Positions 11,317 to 21,995 of a stretch of DNA of 64,000 bases are shown piece by piece. The notes below the pieces were generated by a model. The model saw only the letters and a list, made by a program, of their open reading frames with translations. It did not search any database and was not told the DNA's origin. Made by a program: the position numbers and the translations under genes. Each line of letters opens with the position of its first letter. Position 1 is the stretch's first letter. The DNA is from Escherichia coli (GTDB taxonomy: Bacteria; Pseudomonadota; Gammaproteobacteria; Enterobacterales; Enterobacteriaceae), in the NCBI RefSeq assembly GCF_003018255.1, contig NZ_CP027440.1; one strand, given 5' to 3'.

Positions 11317-13656
11317 TTACTCGTTATCCGGGTTAAGACGACGACGACTAATAATACGCAGCAGACGCCACAGTACCCACGCCAGCAATATCACACTGAT
11401 AGCCGCCAGCACCGCCAGCAGAATCGGATGGTTTGCCAGCGCATACCACAAGCGCTCGAACCACGGCAGATGACCTACGTAATAAACATCGCCAACACGT
11501 AGGCTGTTGATACCGGACTCGCGGATCACCGCGACCGAACCGAACATGGTGGCGCGTTTGCCGCTATCGTTCACCGCATCGTTAAGCATTTCATAACCGC
11601 GTGGGCTATCTGCCAGCAGCGCAATCACGCTGCGCTGGTCGTTATACGGCGACTGGAAGCCAATCACCGCCGCCATCGCACCGGAAGAGGTCAGCGTTGA
11701 CTGGGTTTCTGCCGCGCGATCGCTCTCGTCCGGCACAATACCGGGGAACGGGGTCTGGCGCATCGGCGTTTTTACCCAGCTTTCGGTAGCCTGCACCAAC
11801 AGGTCGATCTGCTTGTCATCTTTCAGTTTGTCCGGGATACCACCGACGATCATGATGTCGGCATCTTTGCCCTGAATGGTGCTGCCATCATCGGTCACCG
11901 TCAGGTTAATCGCCGGGAAGCCCGTCTGCGCACCGATAAAGCCAACGGTATTCAGCAAGGTTTCCATCTGTGCTTCGTTTGGCGTTTTCGGCATCACGGT
12001 GATGGTTTGCGACAAATCCGCCATCCGGCTGAACGGGAAGCCCGCGTTAGCAAAGGCGCGTAGATCCGGCATCGGGATGAAGTGGTAATACTTCGAGAAG
12101 TCGATGGTGGAATCATCACCAATCACCACATGATTCTGCACCGGCTGGAAGGTAATGCAGTTATCCACCGAACCGCCCGGCATCGGGTTCATATACTCAA
12201 AGTCAAAGCGCAGCTGGTTGGTCGCGCCCAGTTTCAGCGCCGGAATAGAGACATCCGTTTTGCCATCCAGCAAACCTTGTAATACCGGAATACGCAGCAG
12301 CAGGCGGTTCGCCTCCTGTTTACTGCTCAGGTTGAAGGATTGCAGGAACTGGTTATTCAGGCTGATATCCATCCGTGAGCTGTCTTTCACTGGCGGCATG
12401 GTGTAGCGATAATTAATATCCATATCAATGCCGGTACTGCGCATCAGGTAGAGATCCGGTGGCAGGTTTAGCGAAACGTTAATCGCTGCTGGCTCAAGAC
12501 CGCTGGATTGTAACTGTTCTTCATAGGTTTTCAGTTCACCAAAGGTAACCGGACGATCGGTACGCACCCAGTTCGGCGCATCGTACGGCTTACGCGGTAG
12601 CAGCGGTTTCACTTCATTCACTACCACGCTTTCACCACGGAACAGAATGTTACCCTGAGCGATACCTTTCGCTGCCTGCAACAGGTCTTTGTCGTCACGA
12701 CCAAACACCACCAGCAGTTTGACATAAGGATTCTGCGGATGGTTGATCATTTCAATCACCGGGGCTTTTACCGCCGGATGATCGCGCAGGAAGTCCGGGC
12801 GTTTGTCATTGGTGGCAAAAACGATGGCATTGCGATCCGGCAATTGGTTATAGAGCACCGGGAAGTTCTGCCCACGCCAGCCAGAACGCGAACCAAACCA
12901 CGAGGCAACAATGGCAGATGCTTGTTGCAGCCCAACATCCGGCGCACCCGCAAAGACCATCGGCAAGGTGTTGGTGCGGTTATCACGCGGGTCAAAGAAT
13001 GGCACCGGGAAGTGTGACAGGTCATTCTTCACATTCAGGGTCTGATAGGTCAGATCCAGTCCACTGCTCCGCCCAACATCCAGCCAAAGCGTGGTGCTGG
13101 CCGGGTTTTCGCACACGTCCTGATAATGACCGACAAACTCCAGCCGCACACGGTTGAAGTCGGTAATAAACAGTGGGTTAATGGGCATTTGTGCCAGCGT
13201 TTTTTTACCCAACTGTTCTTTGGTCACTGGCAGCACGCCCATCAGTTCATCATTGAGATAAACCTTTAACTGCGACTGGACAGGCAGTAACGATGGCGAT
13301 GGCGTGTATTCGAGATTGAGCATCGCCTTCGTCACCACTTCATCGCTGCGCATACCAAACTCAATGCTGCCGTTCGGGTTAATGCCACGTAGCACCATGC
13401 TGCCCGGCGGCGGCGCAATTTGCGCAAAGGTCAGCTTCACATCACGCGAAGGACCGTTCTGCGCCACGACTGGCGCATCAGCGCCCTGCACGCCCGGCAT
13501 CACTTGCCCCACCTGCGGATTTTGTTCCGTCTGGGCGGCTACAGCTGGCTCAGCATTGATCAGTGGTTGCGTTGCTGGCGTCGCCTGCGTCATGAAAGAG
13601 GGGAACGCACTCATCCCCATAGCCACTGCACAAATCCAGAATAGTTTTCTTTTCAT
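11317..13656 (-). CDS. bcsB: cellulose synthase periplasmic subunit BcsB
   Basis: 808-aa ORF; the internal start MKRKLFWICAVAMGMSAFPSF (ATG at 13654..13656) gives 779 aa and matches recalled BcsB. C-terminal TM anchor present. Confidence 0.9.
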   Translation of the reverse strand: MKRKLFWICAVAMGMSAFPSFMTQATPATQPLINAEPAVAAQTEQNPQVGQVMPGVQGADAPVVAQNGPSRDVKLTFAQIAPPPGSMVLRGINPNGSIEFGMRSDEVVTKAMLNLEYTPSPSLLPVQSQLKVYLNDELMGVLPVTKEQLGKKTLAQMPINPLFITDFNRVRLEFVGHYQDVCENPASTTLWLDVGRSSGLDLTYQTLNVKNDLSHFPVPFFDPRDNRTNTLPMVFAGAPDVGLQQASAIVASWFGSRSGWRGQNFPVLYNQLPDRNAIVFATNDKRPDFLRDHPAVKAPVIEMINHPQNPYVKLLVVFGRDDKDLLQAAKGIAQGNILFRGESVVVNEVKPLLPRKPYDAPNWVRTDRPVTFGELKTYEEQLQSSGLEPAAINVSLNLPPDLYLMRSTGIDMDINYRYTMPPVKDSSRMDISLNNQFLQSFNLSSKQEANRLLLRIPVLQGLLDGKTDVSIPALKLGATNQLRFDFEYMNPMPGGSVDNCITFQPVQNHVVIGDDSTIDFSKYYHFIPMPDLRAFANAGFPFSRMADLSQTITVMPKTPNEAQMETLLNTVGFIGAQTGFPAINLTVTDDGSTIQGKDADIMIVGGIPDKLKDDKQIDLLVQATESWVKTPMRQTPFPGIVPDESDRAAETQSTLTSSGAMAAVIGFQSPYNDQRSVIALLADSPRGYEMLNDAVNDSGKRATMFGSVAVIRESGINSLRVGDVYYVGHLPWFERLWYALANHPILLAVLAAISVILLAWVLWRLLRIISRRRLNPDNE

Positions 13657-13666
13657 CGCGTTATCA

Positions 13667-16285
13667 TCATTGTTGAGCCAAAGCCTGATCCGATGGTTGT
13701 GCCGTTTCGCTCCGCTCCGGGCGGCGCGGAATAAACGATACAACCCAGGAAACCAGAGAAGTCAGCACACGGAATATGCCCTTCACCGAAGAAGGCGCAA
13801 ACTCCGCCAGATGGCGGTAGCCACGGAAGCCGAGCTTCAGAATATCCAGCAGACTTTCCAGCGGCTTATCTTCCGGATAGCTGTCCTGCCAGAGCGCCCA
13901 TGTATCCGCACGGGCAAACGTACACTGCACAAAATCGATATGTTGCTGGGTGGTGAGCGGCATTAATTTCAACCCAACTTCATTACCCATCACGCGCGCC
14001 ACCTGGGTCGGGAAGACGTATTCCTGCTGACCGCGTTTAAGCAACAGATTCACTTTCTGCCCTTCCAGAATCTGCGCCTGACCGTTGATCTTGATCCCCA
14101 AACCACCGTCGGAGAAATCCTGAACGGTACACGAGAAGAGGTGACCATCTTCGCGGGCAATTGCTGCGGGCATCGTCATCTCCACGCGGTGCGATCGGCG
14201 TACCTGTTTGCTTTCTACCGATACTGCGACTGCGCCGCCGAGAATAATCAGGTTGTAGAATACCCACACCATACTGACGACCACGGTGAGCATCTCAGTT
14301 GGCGGACCATAGAAGTAGCGCCAGATCCCAACCGCTACGCCCACCAGGTTGAGCAGAACAAGGAAGATGTAGGGCCGCGAGATCACCCAGTCGACGTACT
14401 CTTCTTCCACCAGTCCACCTTTGGCGGTGACGTTAAATTTGCCTTTGTGCGGGTTAATCAGCGCCACCAGCGTCGGTGGTGCGATATACCACGCCAGCAC
14501 TGTTTCGTAGATTTCACTCCAGAAAGAGTGGCGATATTTGCCCTGGATCTTCGAGTTAGTCAGGCTGGCATGGATCATATGCGGTAGCACGAACAGGGCG
14601 ATCATCAACGCTGGCGCGTAGATGATGTAGGCATGAAACAGCAGGAACGCCAGCGGCGCAGTCAGGAAGATCAGCCGTGGAATGCCCGACAAGAAATGGA
14701 ACATGGCGTTGACATAGCACAGCCGCTGAGCAAACTTCAGCCCTTTACCGGTGAGTGGGTTATCGAGACGGAAGATTTGCACCATCCCGCGCGCCCAGCG
14801 AATACGCTGACCGATATGCGCCGAGAGACTTTCGGTCGCCAGCCCCGCTGCCTGCGGAATACGCATATACGCTGAGGTGTAGCCACGACGGTGCAGACGC
14901 AGAGAAGTGTGCGCATCTTCGGTTACCGTTTCGACAGCAATTCCGCCAATCTCATCCAGCGGCTTACGGCGAATCACCGCACATGAACCGCAGAAGAAAG
15001 TGGCATCCCACATATCATTGCCGTCCTGCACCAGACCATAAAACAGCGTGCCTTCGTTCGGCGTTTTACGAAAACGCCCCAGGTTGCGTTCAAACGGATC
15101 CGGCGAGAAGAAGTGGTGCGGCGTCTGCATCATCGCCAGCTGTTTCTCTTTCAGGAACCAGCCCATGGTCATTTGCAGGAACGATCGCGTTGGTACGTGG
15201 TCGCAGTCGAATATCGACACGAACTCGCCTTTGGCATATTTCAGCGCATTGTTGATGTTGCCCGCTTTCGCATGTTCATGAGTGGTACGGGCGATATATT
15301 TCACCCCCACGTTTTGCGCAAACTGGCGAAACTCTTCCCTGCCGCCGTCATCGAGGATCCAGATGTTCAGCTTGTCTTTCGGCCAGTCGATACCCAGCGA
15401 AGCGTAAATGGTATTTTTCACCACGTTGAGATCTTCGTTGTAAGTCGGGACAAAGATATCCACCGACGGCCACAGCGACATATCTTTCGGCAATGGCACC
15501 GGCTGACGATTCAGAGGCCATACGACCTGGAAATAGCCGAGCACCAGCACAATCCACGCGTACGTTTCGGCGAACAGCAGAATAAGCCCGCACACCAGGC
15601 TGACCGGATCGTCCCAGTTCAGCGTAGAGGTGTAGCGCCACCAGATATAACGGCAAGAAACGGTCAGCGACAGCACAATCAACATTAGCGCCGAGAAGCG
15701 CCCCGGCATCCGCCGTACGATCAGCGCTACACCCCACAGCAGCATCAGGAAAATAAACTGCGCCAGCGGGTTAAACGGCTGGGTAACGCAGATTAACGCC
15801 AGAATCAGCGAGAAGGTGACGATGATACCGAGGATCAACCGCCGCGCCCCGGCGCTCAAATGGCCGAGTTCTTTTTTCTCATCGAGATGCTGTGTTTTAT
15901 GGCTAACGCGCTCAGGCAGCTCGTTCATCCATTGATGGTAACGTCCACGAATATTTTGTAGACCTGAAAATGCCCGCCTGCGCGGTTTCGGCGTTTCTTT
16001 GCGCGATGCACCGATCAGTAACCAGCATGTTTGAATAAGATAACGGACCGGGTCCAGCGGACGCGGACGCGAGGCGTTGATATGCGGATACAGGTTTTTA
16101 TGTTCTGCGCGAATACGCTGCCAGCGCGGGTGCTCCAGCGGAATAAAAATCCAGGCCAGGATCATCCAGAAACAGCCAAGCGTCGCGCTGAAAGCCGACG
16201 CGCCGTGACGACGATAATCGCGATAACGCCCAATAAGCCGTGCGTTGACCGGCGGGATAAGCAACCACCGGGTCAGGATACTCAT
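13667..16285 (-). CDS. bcsA: cellulose synthase catalytic subunit BcsA (GT2 plus PilZ)
   Basis: Internal start MSILTRWLLIPPVNARL (ATG at 16283..16285) gives 872 aa; contains the GT2 motifs (DDG, FFCGS, QRIRW) and a C-terminal PilZ region. The ATG overlaps the bcsQ stop (ATGA). Confidence 0.95.
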   Translation of the reverse strand: MSILTRWLLIPPVNARLIGRYRDYRRHGASAFSATLGCFWMILAWIFIPLEHPRWQRIRAEHKNLYPHINASRPRPLDPVRYLIQTCWLLIGASRKETPKPRRRAFSGLQNIRGRYHQWMNELPERVSHKTQHLDEKKELGHLSAGARRLILGIIVTFSLILALICVTQPFNPLAQFIFLMLLWGVALIVRRMPGRFSALMLIVLSLTVSCRYIWWRYTSTLNWDDPVSLVCGLILLFAETYAWIVLVLGYFQVVWPLNRQPVPLPKDMSLWPSVDIFVPTYNEDLNVVKNTIYASLGIDWPKDKLNIWILDDGGREEFRQFAQNVGVKYIARTTHEHAKAGNINNALKYAKGEFVSIFDCDHVPTRSFLQMTMGWFLKEKQLAMMQTPHHFFSPDPFERNLGRFRKTPNEGTLFYGLVQDGNDMWDATFFCGSCAVIRRKPLDEIGGIAVETVTEDAHTSLRLHRRGYTSAYMRIPQAAGLATESLSAHIGQRIRWARGMVQIFRLDNPLTGKGLKFAQRLCYVNAMFHFLSGIPRLIFLTAPLAFLLFHAYIIYAPALMIALFVLPHMIHASLTNSKIQGKYRHSFWSEIYETVLAWYIAPPTLVALINPHKGKFNVTAKGGLVEEEYVDWVISRPYIFLVLLNLVGVAVGIWRYFYGPPTEMLTVVVSMVWVFYNLIILGGAVAVSVESKQVRRSHRVEMTMPAAIAREDGHLFSCTVQDFSDGGLGIKINGQAQILEGQKVNLLLKRGQQEYVFPTQVARVMGNEVGLKLMPLTTQQHIDFVQCTFARADTWALWQDSYPEDKPLESLLDILKLGFRGYRHLAEFAPSSVKGIFRVLTSLVSWVVSFIPRRPERSETAQPSDQALAQQ

Positions 16286-17034
16286 GATGCACTCCCGACT
16301 GGCGTTTTCAGCCCGGAATAGTTCAACAGGCACCAGTTCGCCAGCGTCAGTATTTCTTCAGCCGCCAGCGCATCACTGCGAAATTCACCGACTGGTTGCT
16401 TAGCTGCCAGACATTCAGCCATCGCTTCATCACGATGAATGAGCATCGGCAGCAATCGGCGCTGGCTTTGCAACCAAAGCTGGTAAATATCGTCCTGAAC
16501 CTGGCTGCCAATACGGAAGTCATTAATCAAAATATGTGCACCATCCGGCAGCGCTTGCTGATGCAGTCGGATATGGCAGTTGGCATCCACATTGACGATT
16601 GCCAGCGAGTGATCGCACAAACTCAGCAGCTGGTGGGTTATCTGCGAGGCATCACGCGGTAAGTCAATTAAAATCCACTGGTAACGCCCGCTGGCTTTTA
16701 GTTGCTGTAAGCCGGTGCAAATATCGCTCAGCCGGGTTTGCCAGTGCTGTGGATTTTCTTGTTCTTCAATGGATAACTGACCAAAAGGCAGCAAATCGAG
16801 CTGCGAGGTATAGCGCAACCCGGCGTCACGCCAGTCCTGGCCATCCAGCATAGCTCTGGCCCAACCCTGACGGTGGGTAAAATCAACGTTAAATGACAGG
16901 CGCAACAAGTTGTCCGGGCAGGCATCGACCACCAGGACATTTTCTCCCAACATTTGTAATGACCAGGCTAATGCGGCGGTGATGGTTGTTGTCCCCACGC
17001 CTCCCCGAACCCCCTGCAATCCCAGTACGGCCAT
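16282..17034 (-). CDS. bcsQ: cellulose biosynthesis ParA/MinD-like ATPase BcsQ, intact
   Basis: 250-aa ORF MAVLGLQGVRGGVGTTTITAALAW...; codon 6 is TTG (Leu), so the reading frame is uninterrupted. Confidence 0.9.
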   Translation of the reverse strand: MAVLGLQGVRGGVGTTTITAALAWSLQMLGENVLVVDACPDNLLRLSFNVDFTHRQGWARAMLDGQDWRDAGLRYTSQLDLLPFGQLSIEEQENPQHWQTRLSDICTGLQQLKASGRYQWILIDLPRDASQITHQLLSLCDHSLAIVNVDANCHIRLHQQALPDGAHILINDFRIGSQVQDDIYQLWLQSQRRLLPMLIHRDEAMAECLAAKQPVGEFRSDALAAEEILTLANWCLLNYSGLKTPVGSAS

Positions 17035-17045
17035 TCACCAATCCC

Positions 17046-17234
17046 CTACTTTTGTTGCGCAAACTCTGCCAGCAACGGCCAGCGTTTTAATGCCGCGGCC
17101 AACTGTTCGCGTTGGGAAATATCGGCATAATCAATATCAGGCAGTGAAAATGCCTGCTTTAACGCCAAAATATCATTCTGGAAGATATAGCCTATCGCGG
17201 GATCAGGCAGAGTATCTGGTTCATTGTTATTCAT
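17046..17234 (-). CDS. bcsR: cellulose biosynthesis protein BcsR (YhjR)
   Basis: 62-aa ORF MNNNEPDTLPDPAIGYIFQNDILALKQAF... immediately upstream of bcsQ; matches recalled YhjR. Confidence 0.85.
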   Translation of the reverse strand: MNNNEPDTLPDPAIGYIFQNDILALKQAFSLPDIDYADISQREQLAAALKRWPLLAEFAQQK

Positions 17235-17506
17235 TTTTCTTGATCCCTATGAAATAACCGTACCGTTCATGAGACAATTCTAACTGTGAGCATTTCGTCG
17301 GTTTATTGTTTACGGCGAGACGGGAATGTGCTCACTTTTTGACTTTCCGTTACGCAACAGAAAAAGTTAAAAACGAAAAGACTAAAATCACATGTCTTGT
17401 GACCTGCTAAATTGATTCACATGCTAAATCTGATAAGTTTTAATTTCAATGGTAGGTTTATTTCTTAGCTTTCGCTAGTAAACTGATAATCAGACAAAAT
17501 GTTGAC
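17235..17506. promoter_or_regulatory. divergent bcsRQABZC / bcsEFG promoter region
   Basis: 272-bp AT-rich intergenic region between the divergently oriented bcsR and bcsE starts; individual promoter elements not resolved. Confidence 0.5.
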
Positions 17507-19078
17507 ATGAGGGACATTGTGGACCCTGTATTCTCTATCGGTATCTCATCATTATGGGATGAGCTGCGACATATGCCAGCAGGCGGCGTCTGGTGGTTTA
17601 ACGTCGATCGCCATGAAGATGCTATCAGTCTGGCGAATCAAACAATTGCATCCCAGGCTGAAACCGCACACGTCGCGGTCATTAGCATGGACAGCGATCC
17701 AGCGAAAATCTTTCAATTAGATGATTCTCAAGGGCCGGGAAAAATAACATTATTTTCAATGCTAAATCATGAAAAAGGTCTATACTATTTGGCCCGTGAT
17801 TTGCAGTGTTCTATTGATCCCCATAATTACCTTTTTATTCTTGTTTGCGCAAATAACGCATGGCAAAACATTCCTGCCGAGCGGCTTCGCTCATGGTTGG
17901 ATAAAATGAATAAATGGAGCCGGCTAAACCATTGTTCGCTTTTGGTAATTAATTCCGGAAATAATAACGATAAACAATTTTCATTGTTACTTGAGGAATA
18001 CCGTTCACTTTTTGGTCTTGCCAGTTTGCGTTTTCAGGGCGACCAACATTTGCTGGATATTGCTTTCTGGTGCAACGAAAAAGGGGTCAGCGCCCGTCAG
18101 CAGCTTAGCGTTCAGCAACAAAATGGTTGCTGGACATTAGTTCAACACCAGGAGGCGGAAATCCAACCACGCAGCGACGAAAAACGCATTCTGAGTAATG
18201 TTGCTGTACTGGAAGGTGCGCCGCCGCTATCGGAACACTGGCAACTGTTCAACAATAACGAAGTCCTGTTCAATGAAGCCCGTACCGCTCAGGCGGCGAC
18301 GGTGGTCTTTTCTTTACAGCAAAATGCACAAATCGAGCCACTGGCCCGCAGCATTCATACTCTGCGTCGCCAGCGCGGTAGTGCGATGAAAATCCTCGCA
18401 CGGGAAAATACCGCCAGCCTGCGCGCCACCGATGAACGTTTATTATTGGCCTGCGGTGCAAATATGGTTATCCCGTGGAATGCGCCACTCTCCCGCTGTC
18501 TGACGATGATCGAAAGCGTGCAAGGGCAGAAGTTTAGTCGCTATGTGCCGGAAGATATCACTACCTTGCTGTCAATGACCCAGCCGCTCAAACTGCGTGG
18601 TTTCCAGAAGTGGGATGTGTTCTGTAATGCCGTCAACAACATGATGAATAACCCTCTATTACCTGCCCACGGTAAAGGCGTTCTGGTTGCCCTACGTCCG
18701 GTACCGGGTATCCGCGTTGAGCAAGCCCTGACGCTATGTCGCCCTAACCGTACCGGCGATATCATGACCATTGGCGGTAATCGGCTGGTGCTGTTTCTCT
18801 CATTCTGTCGGATTAACGATCTGGATACCGCGTTGAATCATATTTTCCCATTGCCTACTGGCGACATTTTCTCAAACCGAATGGTCTGGTTTGAAGATGA
18901 TCAAATCAGTGCCGAGCTGGTGCAGATGCGCCTGCTTGCCCCAGAACAATGGGGCATGCCGCTGCCTTTAGCGCAAAGTTCTAAACCGGTCATCAATGCC
19001 GAGCACGATGGTCGCCACTGGCGACGAATACCAGAACCAATGCGACTGTTAGATGATGCTGTGGAGCGCTCATCATGA
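17507..19078 (+). CDS. bcsE: c-di-GMP-binding cellulose biosynthesis protein BcsE (GIL domain)
   Basis: 523-aa [41 protein letters not shown]..., matching recalled BcsE. Confidence 0.9.
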
Positions 19079-19266
19079 TGACCATCAGCGATATCATTGA
19101 AATTATTGTCGTTTGCGCACTGATATTTTTCCCGCTGGGCTATCTGGCGCGGCACTCTTTGCGACGCATTCGCGACACCTTACGTTTGTTCTTTGCTAAA
19201 CCTCGTTATGTTAAACCGGCCGGGACGTTACGCCGCACGGAAAAAGCCAGGGCAACCAAAAAATGA
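19075..19266 (+). CDS. bcsF: small membrane protein BcsF
   Basis: 63-aa [38 protein letters not shown]... with a single TM helix; 4-nt overlaps with bcsE and bcsG. Confidence 0.85.
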
Positions 19267-20943
19267 CTCAATTTACGCAAAATACCGCCATGCCTTCTTC
19301 CCTCTGGCAATACTGGCGCGGCCTTTCCGGCTGGAACTTCTATTTTCTGGTTAAGTTCGGCCTGTTGTGGGCGGGATATCTTAACTTCCATCCGCTCCTC
19401 AATCTGGTGTTTGCCGCGTTTCTGCTGATGCCCATTCCGCGCTACAGCCTGCATCGCTTGCGCCACTGGATTGCCCTGCCGATCGGCTTTGCTTTGTTCT
19501 GGCATGACACCTGGTTGCCTGGCCCGGAAAGCATAATGAGCCAGGGTTCGCAGGTGGCGGGGTTCAGTACCGATTATTTAATCGATCTTGTCACACGCTT
19601 TATTAACTGGCAGATGATTGGGGCCATTTTTGTTTTATTCGTGGCCTGGTTATTCCTGTCACAATGGATTCGCATTACCGTTTTTGTGGTTGCCATTCTG
19701 CTATGGCTGAACGTACTTACCCTGGCGGGACCAAGTTTCTCCTTGTGGCCAGCCGGTCAACCGACGACCACTGTAACAACGACGGGTGGTAACGCAGCGG
19801 CAACCGTTGCGGCGACGGGTGGCGCACCGGTAGTGGGTGATATACCCGCACAAACTGCACCGCCAACAACAGCAAACCTTAACGCCTGGCTGAATAATTT
19901 CTATAACGCGGAGGCGAAACGTAAATCGATCTTCCCGTCTTCGCTGCCCGCTGATGCTCAGCCATTTGAACTACTGGTGATTAATATCTGTTCGCTTTCC
20001 TGGTCGGATATTGAAGCCGCCGGATTAGATGTCGCATCCACTGTGGTCGCATTTCGATATTGAGTTCAAGAACTTTAACTCCGCCACCTCCTACAGTGGC
20101 CCGGCGGCGATCCGTTTACTGCGCGCCAGCTGCGGGCAGACTTCGCACACTAATCTGTATCAACCGGCAAATAACGACTGCTATCTGTTTGATAACCTGT
20201 CGAAACTGGGCTTTACCCAGCACCTGATGATGGGACATAACGGCCAGTTCGGTGGTTTTTTGAAGGAAGTTCGCGAAAATGGCGGCATGCAGAGCGAATT
20301 GATGGATCAAACAAATCTGCCGGTTATTTTGCTGGGCTTTGATGGTTCGCCGGTTTATGACGATACCGCCGTGCTTAACCGTTGGCTGGACGTTACCGAA
20401 AAAGATAAAAACAGCCGTAGTGCCACGTTCTACAACACGCTTCCACTGCATGACGGCAACCATTATCCGGGCGTCAGCAAAACAGCGGATTACAAAGCGC
20501 GGGCGCAAAAATTCTTTGATGAACTGGACGCCTTCTTTACTGAACTGGAGAAATCGGGTCGTAAAGTGATGGTGGTCGTGGTGCCGGAACACGGCGGCGC
20601 GCTGAAGGGCGACAGAATGCAGGTATCTGGCCTACGTGATATCCCTAGCCCGTCTATCACAGACGTCCCCGTTGGGGTGAAATTCTTCGGCATGAAGGCA
20701 CCACATCAGGGGGCACCGATTGTCATCGACCAACCGAGCAGCTTCCTGGCTATCTCCGATCTGGTGGTTCGCGTTCTTGATGGCAAGATTTTCTCCGAAG
20801 ACAATGTTGACTGGAAAAAACTCACCAGTGGGTTGCCACAAACAGCACCGGTCTCCGAGAACTCAAATGCAGTAGTTATTCAATACCAGGATAAACCGTA
20901 CGTTCGCCTGAACGGCGGCGACTGGGTGCCTTACCCGCAATAA
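19263..20943 (+). pseudogene. bcsG: bcsG (cellulose phosphoethanolamine transferase) disrupted by a +1 frameshift
   Basis: Two out-of-frame overlapping ORFs, 19263..20063 (266 aa, membrane domain) and 20029..20943 (304 aa, catalytic domain), total 559 codons after removing the 35-nt overlap. The junction reads GGATTAGATGTCG where an intact frame needs GGATTAATGTCG (extra G near 20028). Confidence 0.75.
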
Positions 20944-21029
20944 GAACGAAAAAGGCCGCAGAGTTTCACCCCTGCGGCCTGATCCGGGCGCAAATTGCCA
21001 TTACGGCAGCCTGACGCCCGCATGACACG

Positions 21030-21137
21030 TTACTTCCGCTTGTTCAGCCAGTTCACGATCATGCTGGCAAGAATGCCAGCAATGATCGGAGCCGCTAAAT
21101 CATGCCAGAAGGCCATGCCCAGTTCTGCGAGCGTCAT
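21030..21137 (-). CDS. ldr: Ldr-family type I toxin, copy 1 (35 aa)
   Basis: MTLAELGMAFWHDLAAPIIAGILASMIVNWLNKRK, the C-terminal 35 aa of the 80-aa track ORF; LdrD-like single-TM peptide. Terminator hairpin AGGCCGCAG...CTGCGGCCT with T-tract just 3' at about 20950..20985. Confidence 0.8.
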   Translation of the reverse strand: MTLAELGMAFWHDLAAPIIAGILASMIVNWLNKRK

Positions 21138-21184
21138 ATAGCCGCCTGTGTTGTAATGACAACGTTTCGCGGCTATTCTTGAGT

Positions 21185-21250
21185 TGTTTGGGTTCAAGAA
21201 TGGCCCCCGTGGTGTTGTCAGGTGCATACCTGCAACGTGCGGGGGTTTTC
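21185..21250 (+). ncRNA. rdl: Rdl-like antisense RNA, copy 1 (boundaries approximate)
   Basis: Plus-strand hairpin GCCCCCG...CGGGGG followed by TTTTCTCT (21203..21249), antisense to the ldr leader; 5' end estimated from the roughly 66-nt Rdl length. Confidence 0.45.
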
Positions 21251-21512
21251 TCTCTCCAGCAAACAATGCCACCAGGGATTAAGCCCCCGCAACATTGCGC
21301 CTCACCGGAACCTTTCCGGCTTGCCGCTGATTCTACGACTGTTTTTCTGCTCCGGAATCCGTCACGTCTTCACTCTGTGCTGCGCATTCCGCAGAATATT
21401 ATCCGCTTGCAACCGTTGCATTTTTCTTACGAAAAAGGCCGCAGAGTTTTATCCCTGCGGCCTGATCCGGGCGCAACTTGCCATTACGGCAGCCTGACGC
21501 CCGTCTGACACG

Positions 21513-21620
21513 TTACTTCCGCTTATTCAGCCAGTTCACGATCATGCTGGCAAGAATGCCAGCAATGACCGGAGCCGCTAAATCATGCCAGAAGGCCATG
21601 CCCAGCTCTGCGAGCGTCAT
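21513..21620 (-). CDS. ldr: Ldr-family type I toxin, copy 2 (35 aa)
   Basis: MTLAELGMAFWHDLAAPVIAGILASMIVNWLNKRK; I18V relative to copy 1. Confidence 0.8.
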   Translation of the reverse strand: MTLAELGMAFWHDLAAPVIAGILASMIVNWLNKRK

Positions 21621-21667
21621 ATAGCCGCCTGAGTTGTAATGACAACGTTTCGCGGCTATTCTTGAAT

Positions 21668-21733
21668 GGTCTAGATGCAAGAATGGCCCCCGTGGTGTTG
21701 TCAGGTGCATACCTGCAACGTGCGGGGGTTTTC
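21668..21733 (+). ncRNA. rdl: Rdl-like antisense RNA, copy 2 (boundaries approximate)
   Basis: Same hairpin and T-tract 483 bp downstream of copy 1. Confidence 0.4.
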
Positions 21734-21995
21734 TCTCTCCAGCAACCAATGCCACCAGGGATTAAGCCCCCGCAACATTGCGCCTCACCGGAACCTTTCC
21801 GGCTTGCCGCTGATTCTACGACTGTTTTTCTGTTCCGGAATCCATCACTTCTTCACTCTGTGCTGCGCATTCCGCAGAATATTATCCGCTTGCAACCGTT
21901 GCATTTTTCTTACGAAAAAGGCCGCAGAGTTTTATCCCTGCGGCCTGGTCCGGGCGCAAATTGCCATTACGGCAGCCTGACGCCCGTCTGACACG

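Noticed and set aside
13657-16333. N-terminal extensions offered by the ORF track for bcsB, bcsA, bcsZ, yhjV, tag, xylF, xylG, avtA, eptB, yhjX, yiaF and yiaB
   Set aside because: In each case an internal ATG reproduces the recalled protein N-terminus and expected length; the extensions overlap upstream genes or promoters, or start at TTG/GTG.
20022-20063. Programmed ribosomal frameshift as the explanation for the bcsG split
   Set aside because: No slippery heptamer or downstream stimulatory structure is evident at the junction, and the shift needed is consistent with a single inserted base; mutation or sequencing error is more parsimonious.
21030-21272. 80-aa ORFs across each ldr unit, and the 109-aa plus-strand ORFs in the same repeats
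   Set aside because: The recognisable product is only the C-terminal 35-aa Ldr peptide; the upstream part is ldr leader that base-pairs with Rdl. The plus-strand ORFs read through the rdl hairpin and terminator and merely recur because the DNA is repeated.
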